A stretch of 55,863 bases of DNA from Candidatus Iainarchaeum sp. (GTDB taxonomy: Archaea > Iainarchaeota > Iainarchaeia > Iainarchaeales > Iainarchaeaceae), in assembly GCA_002687735.1 (NCBI GenBank), contig NZBD01000016.1:1-55863 (forward strand). Direction: 5' to 3'. The translations under genes and the position numbers were made by a program. Under the pieces are notes generated by a model that had not been told where the DNA came from, did no database searches, and saw only the letters and a list, made by a program, of their open reading frames with translations. This document shows positions 29,201 to 36,955 of the stretch, in pieces. Position 1 is the stretch's first letter. Each line of letters opens with the position of its first letter.

Positions 29201-29693
29201 AGATAATGTTAGGTTTGAAGCAGAGTATGATGGTATTTCAAAGATTAAATTTGTAAGTGTAGAGGTTTTAGGAGATGAGATTATAGGAGAAAGACCACGG
29301 ATAAGTGTTCCTGATGATTCGGAAGAGCTTTTCAGGGATAATGAAATAATCATCACAAACACAGGGCCAGAATTAAGGAACGTTACAATAAGAGCATTGA
29401 ATGCACCCGAAGGAGTTAATATTGAGGAAGTTCAACTAAGCAGGTGGGAACCAGGAGAAACCCTAGGAATAGAGGTTGATATAGAACCCGGTTTTGATGA
29501 TGTTGTTAGCATTACTCTGAGTATTAGCTCAGATTCAGGTTCAATTGGGGTTCCGGTAGAATTTAAGGCAAGTGAAGGACAAGGATTTACAGGATTAGTT
29601 GGATTAGCAACAACCGCAGGAATGGCCATTGGATTAATTATACTTATAGTTTTGGCTATACTGGGCATTTTAAGCGTATTTTCAAGGAAATAG
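26202..29693 (+). CDS. giant modular surface protein 1 (1163 aa): signal peptide, Cys-rich head, 4 cadherin-like repeats, 3 Cys-bracketed beta-sandwich repeats, 2 further Ig-like modules, C-terminal GFTG motif plus TM plus short basic tail
   Basis: The TTG start gives MNFKNIFAILFAVLFLVSFAASAHA. The internal repeat architecture was read directly from the translation. The C-terminus is ...GQGFTGLVGLATTAGMAIGLIILIVLAILGILSVFSRK. Confidence 0.85.
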   Translation: MNFKNIFAILFAVLFLVSFAASAHADVITVTESIPGRNYELDHSFLDNDPVSQSITAYCPDNYEIVTGNCESDYLRSFGSLREDIDSFADSVTCTYRIDFPWACGDAFQIVCPYIEATAVCESDGTNGGSETNNPPTLFGLPNVSVEENSGLNSDLIDLWDYVDDEDFDYEINFRILAESNSGLVDCIIENNRYLSCSVERSDLGSSAVTIEAEDTYGATDIDSFTVSVTSDNDDPNLSGIPTVYVAENDGFQDNVIDLHNYVFDNQDSDSELDFDITNQTNTGLIFCEIDQDRYIDCDDPATDQTGTNTITVRVTDTDGATDTDSFRVEVIADDTNEAPVLSGIPNVDLDENDGAQDNLIDLYAYAFDNEDSESELTFDIIANSDSGLIYCDIDQDRYIDCDPPRFDSSGSNTITVEVTDTDGLSDTDSFIIIVNDIFDDPNDTPTISGLPNLSIEENAGARNNWIDLHSYAFDQEDSDSELDFRISNQNNTSLIFCSIDQDRYFECEAPRDDYTGTSTITIEVEDQQGATDSDTFTIEVVAQDSGVCSDIDIDTRTIFIDEDDSETIRFDIRNLGDDDFRLFDVDVDVTNNSSFLDARDTDFDTFIREDGEGEVEIRLESFNVSSDREATVRVRIRGEFDNGNSCSFSDIEESFRVWIDNEGSSGSGSGSNSCSDIDFKQRTVSMDESDRETFRFDVENNGNDDFRITDVDVTETSSYLSIVDFDDRGTIRDNDELALEIELRSNNVSSDRTATVYVDLRGEFDDGRSCSFSQIGRESFRVEIENSGSGSSNICNDIEIDASDVTIAEDSSRTKIIRIKNENNRSFDVDNITVSESNSYFNISIRDEPERISANDEEELEIRIYTNNVSRDKSGDVEIRVSGEFSNGVNCSSSRITEEFRVTVDNRGSGSSDDDDRDDEDFDGSVKIDFSNNFAILEEGQTKNINVTIKNGLDNRQCFDLSSNDTPVFSTSLSSTEICVSENGSETISMSITGRNSGTDNVRFEAEYDGISKIKFVSVEVLGDEIIGERPRISVPDDSEELFRDNEIIITNTGPELRNVTIRALNAPEGVNIEEVQLSRWEPGETLGIEVDIEPGFDDVVSITLSISSDSGSIGVPVEFKASEGQGFTGLVGLATTAGMAIGLIILIVLAILGILSVFSRK
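26601..27836 (+). repeat. four tandem ~100-106 aa (about 310 bp) coding repeats, acidic cadherin-like / Ig-like modules
   Basis: The recurring pattern is P-x-[LI]-SG[IL]PN[VL]-x-[VLI]-x-EN-x-G...IDL-x-x-Y-x-FD-x-[EQ]DS[DE]SEL-x-F...DQDRY[IF][DE]C...G[ST]NTITV-x-V-TD-x-DG-x-[TS]D[TS]DSF. Units start near aa 134, 236, 339 and 445. Confidence 0.85.
27843..28940 (+). repeat. three tandem ~120-126 aa (about 370 bp) coding repeats joined by Gly-Ser linkers
   Basis: Each unit starts x-C-[SN]-DI[DE] and ends ...NVS[SR]D[RK]...[RV][GS]GEF[DS][ND]G-x-[SN]C[S]-x-S...FRV-x-[IV][DE]N-x-GSGS. Units start at aa 548, 674 and 795. Confidence 0.85.
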
Positions 29694-29775
29694 GGCCTTT
29701 TTAAACAAAGAAACATTTATATATGAGCTAAGCAGCAATAGATATAACAAAGTCGAGTGAACAAGTGAACTTATT

Positions 29776-30591
29776 ATGAAGTTTTGGGGAACTTTAATTT
29801 TGGTATTAGCATTGCTCCTATCAACTGGAGCATCAGCTTTTGTAAATAGCCTAGAGAACACAATCAGTGTGGGAGAAAGCGCTTACGAATTATCCTACAC
29901 AGTTGAAAACACCTCAAACATCAGACAGCCACTTACAGTTGATTACGATCTGCCAACCTATTTTGAAATTATTAAACAACCAAATTATGTTAACGCAAAC
30001 TCAACACAGGAAATTGTTGTGAAGATTTTACCACAGCAAGGTTTTGAGGGAACAACTTACACCGGAATGATTTCTATTAATCTTGGCGGAAACAGGGCAG
30101 AAAAAAGAGTTAGTATTTCATACTTAAGAGAAAATAACTGTGTTGTTGAAAGAGAGGTTTCACTAATCGAAAATAAGGTCAGAATTACACTTGAAAATAA
30201 TTCTTACAAAGACAAAACAATCAAATTAAGCGAAGTTAGGAACTTACCAAATGATTGGGCTATTACAAGCACAAGTTTTGTTCTGAATGGATTTGAAAAG
30301 AATACTTACGAACTTGAATTGCAGAAAGGAAGTTCTTTTGACGGAACACTAGAATTTGTATTTGAATGTCAAGGCAATTTATTCACAAACAAAGTAGAAG
30401 TAGAACATGAGGGAAACGATTTTACAGGATTTGCAATTATAGGAAGCGCTCTTGAAAGTGTTGATTCCGAATTAATTATTGATATTTTCTTAGTTATCAT
30501 AGCAGCAATTCTGTTGATAGCTTTTATCGCAAGACTGGTAAGAATTTTGAATTCGGGCGGAAAACAGACAAAAATCGAGGTGGACCAATGA
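29776..30591 (+). CDS. surface protein 2 (271 aa): signal peptide, two beta-sandwich-like modules, DFTGF motif, TM anchor
   Basis: N-terminus MKFWGTLILVLALLLSTGASA. C-terminus ...EGNDFTGFAIIGSALESVDSELIIDIFLVIIAAILLIAFIARL. The stop overlaps the next start (ATGA). Confidence 0.8.
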   Translation: MKFWGTLILVLALLLSTGASAFVNSLENTISVGESAYELSYTVENTSNIRQPLTVDYDLPTYFEIIKQPNYVNANSTQEIVVKILPQQGFEGTTYTGMISINLGGNRAEKRVSISYLRENNCVVEREVSLIENKVRITLENNSYKDKTIKLSEVRNLPNDWAITSTSFVLNGFEKNTYELELQKGSSFDGTLEFVFECQGNLFTNKVEVEHEGNDFTGFAIIGSALESVDSELIIDIFLVIIAAILLIAFIARLVRILNSGGKQTKIEVDQ

Positions 30592-32759
30592 ACTTTTTGA
30601 AACACGCAATGTTCGCAATAACATTAATCTTAATTTCAATGACCGCAATGGCAGTAACAACTCCGGAAATTGAAGGAGTTCCAGATATTACTATTCCAAT
30701 GAATGCTGAACCACTTGTGAAATTTGTTGACCTAAGAGATTATGCAAGAGATGATTTTTCAAGTGCAGGAAATTTGTTTTACAGAATACAAAACGAATCT
30801 AATGTAAACTTAGTTGATTGTTTTATAGAAGACGATTATTATGTTAGTTGTGAAGCTCCAAAGAGAGGAGTTTTAGGAACAAACACAATTACAGTTCAGG
30901 CTGTTAACTCAAAAGGAACCGCAGACAGCGATGAGTTTAATGTAAAAGTTTTTTCAGATGCTTTGCCTGAAGATGTTATTTTTTCAGTTGACAGGGACAA
31001 AGTAGTAATTGAACCAAATGATTCAATCAATGTTGTTCTTACAATAGAAAACCAGTTTCCTGAAAGAAAATGCTTTGAACTTTATTCAGAACTTGACAAT
31101 AATGAAAGGGACGATATAAGAGCTACTCCTGCAAAGGACAGTTTTTGTCTTAACGGAAACGAAAGAACAAGCTTGTCAATGACTATAACGAGTTTTGATG
31201 ATGCGAGAGTAGATCTTTATGATGTTGATGTAATTCTTGATTATGGTCAAGGAAGCAGAGAATTAAGCGTAGATGTGGAAATTGTTGATTTAGAGGAACC
31301 ACTAGAACTTTTCAGAACCAGCGATTATTATGTTTGCAGAACTCCTTACACACAGGAAATCGGAATAAGACTTGAAAACAATTCAAGCAGATATCAGGAG
31401 ATTTCTTTAAACGCAGAACACGAATTGTTACTGCCAGAGTTTGAATATTTTGTAACAAGGTTAGCTGCAAATGCTTATGATGAAATGGTTATGAGAATTC
31501 ATGTTAATCAGACAACTGCATTAACTGATTATACAATACCAGTTTTCATCAGAAGCGAAAATTATTTTGTTGAAAGAGATATTAAAATCAGGTTAATTGA
31601 CTGTGAGGATAATGCTTTTGATCTTGATGTTACTCCAAACGAACAAAGAATTGAAAGAGGAGACAGAGAATTTTACACAGTAATCCTTACAAGTGTTGAT
31701 GATGAGGCACAGGATGTAAGGTTAAGTGTTGATAGTGATCTTCCAACATCACTTGAAAGATATGATGTTTACCTACCCGCTTATGGCGAAGTTAAACTTG
31801 ATTTGGAAGTCAGAGCAAGAGAAAGCGATGATGACGGAACACACAGAATTAAAGTTACAGCATGGAATAGTAAAGAAACTGAAGAAGAAACTGTAAAAGC
31901 AATAGTTGAATCTGAACACATACTTGAAATGATTATAGAAAATAATGATTTTGATGCAAGGATTTGTTCAGCAACCAGCGGACAGGTTTTTGAGGCAAGG
32001 ATCCTGAATAAAGGAGACTTTGATGAAACAGTTACACTTACACTTGCATACGTACCCGAGTCCGTACAAGCGGTACTCTCCGAGGATGAAATTGATATAG
32101 AGGCAGGGGGAGAGAAAATCGTGTACGTATTCATAAACCCTTCATTCGGAACACCATTAGGAAACTACACCTTAACATTGATAGCTGAATCAGACAATGA
32201 TGAACTAAGAGAACAGCTAAGGTTTAAGGTTGTAGAAGCAGAACAAAACGCAATCGAGGGAGTAATTGAAATAACTTCATACCCAAGAGAAGTTGTTCTT
32301 GTTCCGGGTGAGGAAAAATTACTTAGCTTTACAATAAAGAACTCACTTTCAGGAAGAATGGATAATGTAAGATTAAGATTTTTCGGAGCAAATAACGGAG
32401 TTACTGTTTTCCCAATGAGCTTAGGTTCATTAGAAGGAGGAGAAAGCATTACAGTTAACAGAAAAATAAAGGCTTCTGAATCAGTATCTGAAAAAGTGTA
32501 TGATTCAGTGATAGAGGTTAGGGCTGATGGTTATGTAACCACGGTTCCAATGAGGATTAAAATTACAGAAACTCCAGAAGAAGAAATTGACGAAGAAGCC
32601 GGTTTACTGGCAGGATTCGCTGTTTTAGGAGGAGGAGAGATAATTCTCGGAGGAGTTATAATTATAATACTTCTCTTAGCAATAATAGTAGTGTTGTCAC
32701 TACTTAACAGTAACGAATCAAAAGGGGCAGAGTATTTAACAGAAAACAGAGGAGCATAA
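30588..32759 (+). CDS. surface protein 3 (723 aa): signal peptide, one cadherin-like module, ~5 CARDB/NEW3-like beta-sandwich modules, LAGFAVLG motif, TM anchor
   Basis: GAGGTG lies 6 nt upstream. The N-terminal module (aa 24-121) is homologous to the protein 1 repeats (NTITVQAVNSKGTADSDEF). The module RKCFELYSEL...FCLNGNERTSLSMTITS parallels RQCFDLSSND...ICVSENGSETISMSITG in protein 1. Confidence 0.85.
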   Translation: MNFLKHAMFAITLILISMTAMAVTTPEIEGVPDITIPMNAEPLVKFVDLRDYARDDFSSAGNLFYRIQNESNVNLVDCFIEDDYYVSCEAPKRGVLGTNTITVQAVNSKGTADSDEFNVKVFSDALPEDVIFSVDRDKVVIEPNDSINVVLTIENQFPERKCFELYSELDNNERDDIRATPAKDSFCLNGNERTSLSMTITSFDDARVDLYDVDVILDYGQGSRELSVDVEIVDLEEPLELFRTSDYYVCRTPYTQEIGIRLENNSSRYQEISLNAEHELLLPEFEYFVTRLAANAYDEMVMRIHVNQTTALTDYTIPVFIRSENYFVERDIKIRLIDCEDNAFDLDVTPNEQRIERGDREFYTVILTSVDDEAQDVRLSVDSDLPTSLERYDVYLPAYGEVKLDLEVRARESDDDGTHRIKVTAWNSKETEEETVKAIVESEHILEMIIENNDFDARICSATSGQVFEARILNKGDFDETVTLTLAYVPESVQAVLSEDEIDIEAGGEKIVYVFINPSFGTPLGNYTLTLIAESDNDELREQLRFKVVEAEQNAIEGVIEITSYPREVVLVPGEEKLLSFTIKNSLSGRMDNVRLRFFGANNGVTVFPMSLGSLEGGESITVNRKIKASESVSEKVYDSVIEVRADGYVTTVPMRIKITETPEEEIDEEAGLLAGFAVLGGGEIILGGVIIIILLLAIIVVLSLLNSNESKGAEYLTENRGA

Positions 32760-32763
32760 CAAC

Positions 32764-35700
32764 ATGGATTACAAAATATTACTAGCAGGACTATTACTAC
32801 TTATTTTTGGAGTCTACGCTCACAGTGCTGATGTTTCAGGTACTTGTGGAGATGACTCTCTTCAGTGTGAAATTTCATTAAACAATATGGAACTTTGTAA
32901 CAATTCAACAGTTACAGAAACTTATGATGCTTACTTTAACGGAGAATATTCACAGTGGTTTAATGTAATTCCAAATCAGGTTACATTAGCACCTGGTGAA
33001 TGTACAGACCTGAAAGTTTATACGGTTGCAAACTGTTATGCAGACCCTGGATTTTACACAGCAAATTTAATTATTCAGGATGGAGAAACTTTATCAGTTA
33101 CTTGTTCACTTGATTTAAGACAAGGGCACTTTGTTGATATTGAAGTTGAACCTTACAGCCAGAACGCAACTCAGTGTGAGGAAAAAGTTTACGATTTAAT
33201 TGTTACAAACAACACAATTGTTCCAAACCAACAGATTGAAAGAGTAGATTTAAGCATTAGCGGAATTCCTGAATCTTGGTATGTTTTGGAAGAAGAAAGA
33301 ATTCTTGTTGAAAAAGGCTATCCTGAAACAGTAAAATTAAGAGTTCAGGCGCCTTGTGATGCAGATTTTGGAGCTTATGATTTTACCGCAAGAGCAACTC
33401 TTCCAAACCCTAACTTTTATGATGAGGATGACGGAGAATATGTTCTTGATCAGGGTCAGTCAATTCAGGTTTTGTTAGAAACAGGTTTTGATGCAAGAGT
33501 ACATGATGCTTGTTTAGAAATTCCAACAGAAGGAAAAATAACTTTAATTAACAACGGAATGCTTTCAGACAACCTAAAACTTACTCTTGAGGGATCAGGC
33601 TTCGCAAGACTTGATAAAACTCAGGTATCTTTAAGTTCAGGAGAAGAAGAAACAATAACAGTTGATTTCCTGCAAACAATTATTGCACCCGGAGAATATG
33701 ACTTTACACTTAGAGTTGAAAGCACAGTATTTGATTATTCAACAACCAAGACTTTTACCTCAAACCTTCAGGATTGTTTCAATGTAGAAGTAATAAAATT
33801 AGAAGGAGAAAGCAATGTTTGTGTGGAAGATGACCCAGTCTACAGATTCAGGGTTACAAACAACAAAGTAATGGCTGTTGATCTTGATATAAGCATTGAA
33901 GGAATCGAAGCTGACCTTGACAGAACAAATATTCTTGTTGAGCCTGGCGAATCAGAAGAGTTTGAAGCTTTACTTGATGTTAGCGATTTAGCAAGAGAAG
34001 CAAGAGTAAGCAAAACAGATCTTGCAGTTGAGATAATCATTGATACCTCAGGTTCAATGGTTGAAAGAATCAACGGAGACACCAAGATGGAGATTGCTAA
34101 AACATCAATAATTAACTTAGTAAACAACATCAACGAAGTTGACCTTGGATTAAGAGTATTAGGACAGGGAGAACTTTGTGAGGACTCAGAATTATTGGTT
34201 GGAGTAGATAAACTTGATATCGCAAGAATTACGGATGAAGTTTCAGAACTAAACCCAAAAGGAAAAACTCCTTTGACTCAGGCACTAAGAGCCAGTATAG
34301 AGGACTTCCCGGAAGCTAAAGAAAAAGCAGTAATTCTTGTAAGTGATGGAAAAGAAACATGTGAAGGAAACATAAGTGAAACAGCAAGAGAATTAGCTTC
34401 ACAAGGAGTAATTGTTTACTCGGTTGGATTTGACATTGATGAGGAAGGACAAGAACAGTTAAGGGAAATTTCAAGCAGAACCGGAGGCAAATACTTCGAT
34501 GCAAGAAACCCAGAGGAACTTGTTGATGTTTTACAGAAAATCTCACAAGAACTTGATATTGTTCCAAGCAATGAAGGAAAAAGAACTTTCACTTTGAACC
34601 TTGATTCAGAGAACTTTTCTTATGAAAAAGATTTCAGTTTAACAATCAGCGATTGTTACAACGCAACAATGGTTGCACCGGAACTTAACTTATGTTCAGG
34701 AGTAACCAAAAGCGATGTTGTAACCTTAGTGAACCTTGGTTCAGAAACACAGGAATTTGATATTAACATTGAACCTAACTGGATTGAAATACCAGGAACA
34801 GTTACAATTGAACCAAACAGCGAAGCAATAATTCCACTAACTGCAGTAGTTCCGGAAGATGCAAGCGAAGATTCATACACAATAAGCGCAGTATCAGGAA
34901 CCATTAGGTTAAATCAGGAAAAGAACATTAATTATCTTTCAAGCGCAAGCTGCTTTGGAATTGATATGATATTGTTAGAGCCAACTCTTAATGCAGCAAC
35001 ATGTGAAGGAAAGAAACAAACCTTAATCATAGAAAACAGAGGAGTTGTTGAGCAAGAGGTTACAATAACCGCTGACAAACCTTATGTGGAAATTGTTGAA
35101 AGTGTTATTACTGTTGCACCAGGGGAAAGAAAAGAAGTTAACTTCTTTGTAAGTCCTCCATTTGACTTGCCTGAAACAACATTCATAAACATAACTGCAG
35201 AAACAGAAAGAGGTTTCAAAACAAGTGCTCAGATCAAGTTAATGGTTTTCGGAAACCAGGAATCATTTGGTTTGGGAGAAGTTGATGTAAGGGTAAGAGA
35301 CCTTAACATTACTGAAGTTGAAGGACTTGAACATGATCTGGAAGTAGTGTTTGATATTTACAATGATTCAAACAGAACACTGGAAGTATTCAATGTAACT
35401 TCACTTGATTATAATGCAGTTGTTCAGCTGGATAAAAGATTCATACAGGCAAAAAGAACAGTCATGGCAAGAATGTTAATAGACCTTCCTGATGAATTCA
35501 CTTCAAGAACAATAACTGTCCCAATAAGAATGGAAACAGACGAGGGCACTTACACAAGAAACATTGTGTTTTCTTACGAGGAATCTGAAGATGATGAACC
35601 AACACAGGGAGAAGTTGATGAGCCAATCAGCGTCGGAACTGGATTGTTTAGTTTAGCAACATTATCAACAGCATTACTTGGAGCACTTATAATAATTGTT

Positions 35701-35928
35701 ATTGGTTTGGTTGTTTACTCTGCTTACAGAGCAGTACAGCAAGAACCTGAAGAAAAACCAAAAGAAGATGAAGGCACTAAAGCTGCAAAGGCAAAATTGG
35801 CCGAAGTTAAAACTAAGAAAGGTTCAAAGAAAGCTGCGACCAAAGGTGCTAAAAAGCCAGCAAAAACAGCTAAAAAGCCGGTTAAAAAAACCAAAAAGTC
35901 AGCTAAGAAAAAAGGTAAAAAGAAATAA
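32764..35928 (+). CDS. surface protein 4 (1054 aa): signal peptide, multiple beta-sandwich modules, central vWA domain with intact MIDAS, TM anchor, 66-aa Lys/Ala/Pro-rich cytoplasmic tail
   Basis: The vWA domain spans about aa 419-595 (nt 34018-34548), with DTSGS at 34042-34056 plus the downstream T (KGKTPLT) and D (LVSDGK). The TM helix is LLGALIIIVIGLVVYSAY. The tail is KAAKAKLAEVKTKKGSKKAATKGAKKPAKTAKKPVKKTKKSAKKKGKKK. Confidence 0.88.
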   Translation: MDYKILLAGLLLLIFGVYAHSADVSGTCGDDSLQCEISLNNMELCNNSTVTETYDAYFNGEYSQWFNVIPNQVTLAPGECTDLKVYTVANCYADPGFYTANLIIQDGETLSVTCSLDLRQGHFVDIEVEPYSQNATQCEEKVYDLIVTNNTIVPNQQIERVDLSISGIPESWYVLEEERILVEKGYPETVKLRVQAPCDADFGAYDFTARATLPNPNFYDEDDGEYVLDQGQSIQVLLETGFDARVHDACLEIPTEGKITLINNGMLSDNLKLTLEGSGFARLDKTQVSLSSGEEETITVDFLQTIIAPGEYDFTLRVESTVFDYSTTKTFTSNLQDCFNVEVIKLEGESNVCVEDDPVYRFRVTNNKVMAVDLDISIEGIEADLDRTNILVEPGESEEFEALLDVSDLAREARVSKTDLAVEIIIDTSGSMVERINGDTKMEIAKTSIINLVNNINEVDLGLRVLGQGELCEDSELLVGVDKLDIARITDEVSELNPKGKTPLTQALRASIEDFPEAKEKAVILVSDGKETCEGNISETARELASQGVIVYSVGFDIDEEGQEQLREISSRTGGKYFDARNPEELVDVLQKISQELDIVPSNEGKRTFTLNLDSENFSYEKDFSLTISDCYNATMVAPELNLCSGVTKSDVVTLVNLGSETQEFDINIEPNWIEIPGTVTIEPNSEAIIPLTAVVPEDASEDSYTISAVSGTIRLNQEKNINYLSSASCFGIDMILLEPTLNAATCEGKKQTLIIENRGVVEQEVTITADKPYVEIVESVITVAPGERKEVNFFVSPPFDLPETTFINITAETERGFKTSAQIKLMVFGNQESFGLGEVDVRVRDLNITEVEGLEHDLEVVFDIYNDSNRTLEVFNVTSLDYNAVVQLDKRFIQAKRTVMARMLIDLPDEFTSRTITVPIRMETDEGTYTRNIVFSYEESEDDEPTQGEVDEPISVGTGLFSLATLSTALLGALIIIVIGLVVYSAYRAVQQEPEEKPKEDEGTKAAKAKLAEVKTKKGSKKAATKGAKKPAKTAKKPVKKTKKSAKKKGKKK

Positions 35929-35935
35929 ATAAATT

Positions 35936-36598
35936 CTATTTTTTCCCATTTAAATAAAAGTAGTTGGCCACAAAAGGACTATTAATTAAAAGAGCCTTTT
36001 CCTGGTCTTCTGATCCTTTTTCCTGATTCAAAAACAGCATTACACTGTTTTTATCAAATACCACAAATCTTGAACTTAAGCTTGGTTTTGAAATTACCTT
36101 CACACCTTTACTTGTTAAAGAGGCCAGTTTTTTATCAAAATAGCCTTTTTTTCTCTTCAAACCAGACTCTGAAGAGCAGATTAGCACGTTTTCTTTGGTG
36201 TTTTCTAGCTGTTCTGCTATTTTTGAGTAAATATTACGTCTTCCCTCTACTACCCAGGCAGAATCACTAAAATCAGCTTCAATATTGGCTTTTTGCTCGA
36301 GAGTTTTAGCTATAACTTTGAATTCTTCCAGGTTTTTATCAAGCTCTTTTTGCTTAGTTTCAGAAACAGATTCTACTGCTGTAAGCGGTTTTACAACACG
36401 GAATTCTATGGGTTTGGAAGCACTTCTTGTAACAAAACCTTTTTTTTCAAGGGAAAAAAGCACATCATAAACCCTTGCTCTCGGAATGTTTGAGGATTTA
36501 CTTACAAAAACAGCACTGGCCTTACTATTGTCTAAAAGGGCATTGTAAGCGCGTGCTTCATACTCGTTTAAGCCAAGTTTTTTTATACTCTCAATCAT
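35936..36598 (-). CDS. TrmB-family transcriptional regulator
   Basis: N-terminal LGLNEYEARAYNALLDNSKASAVFVSKSSNIPRARVYDVLFSLEKKGFV is the TrmB winged-helix signature. Confidence 0.85.
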   Translation of the reverse strand: MIESIKKLGLNEYEARAYNALLDNSKASAVFVSKSSNIPRARVYDVLFSLEKKGFVTRSASKPIEFRVVKPLTAVESVSETKQKELDKNLEEFKVIAKTLEQKANIEADFSDSAWVVEGRRNIYSKIAEQLENTKENVLICSSESGLKRKKGYFDKKLASLTSKGVKVISKPSLSSRFVVFDKNSVMLFLNQEKGSEDQEKALLINSPFVANYFYLNGKK

Positions 36599-36681
36599 GC
36601 AATTACAAGGAAAAAGTACTATAAAAGATTTTTCTTGGATATGAAACTCAGGTTTAAATAGAATGAAATTGTTCTATTTTT

Positions 36682-36888
36682 ATGGTTCTTAGAAAAATAT
36701 CAAATGCAGTTAATCGGCTTGCCAATTGGGCGGGTGAAAAAAGAAGACCAGCGTATGAAAAAAAGCTCACAAGAGCCACAGAAATTTATGAAGAGGCAGT
36801 AGTAAGAGGAAACACCGAAAAATATTCTAGAGAAGAGATTGAACAGGCAACAAGAATAGTTGAACAAGCAAGAAAGAAACCACAATAA
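36682..36888 (+). CDS. small hypothetical helical protein (68 aa)
   Basis: ORF with TATA-like GTTTAAATAG about 25 nt upstream of the ATG. No family recognised. Confidence 0.4.
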   Translation: MVLRKISNAVNRLANWAGEKRRPAYEKKLTRATEIYEEAVVRGNTEKYSREEIEQATRIVEQARKKPQ

Positions 36889-36955
36889 ATAATTTTACAT
36901 ATCTTATTTGTTTCCAATAGCACAGAATAAAAACAATTCCTAATTATATCTTTAC

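Noticed and set aside
27743-29362. Long antisense ORFs inside surface-protein gene 1 (27743-28306 at 187 aa, 28721-29362 at 213 aa, and several shorter ones)
   Set aside because: They are Ser/Leu/Ile-rich low-complexity translations on the strand opposite a clearly modular, signal-peptide-bearing gene. GAT/GAA/AAT-rich sense codons give stop-poor antisense frames. They have no start context or motifs.
26202-35928. CRISPR array or diversity-generating retroelement associated with the repetitive surface genes
   Set aside because: All repeats are in-frame coding modules of 300-370 bp with diverged sequence. There are no short identical repeats with unique spacers, no reverse transcriptase and no template/variable repeat pair.
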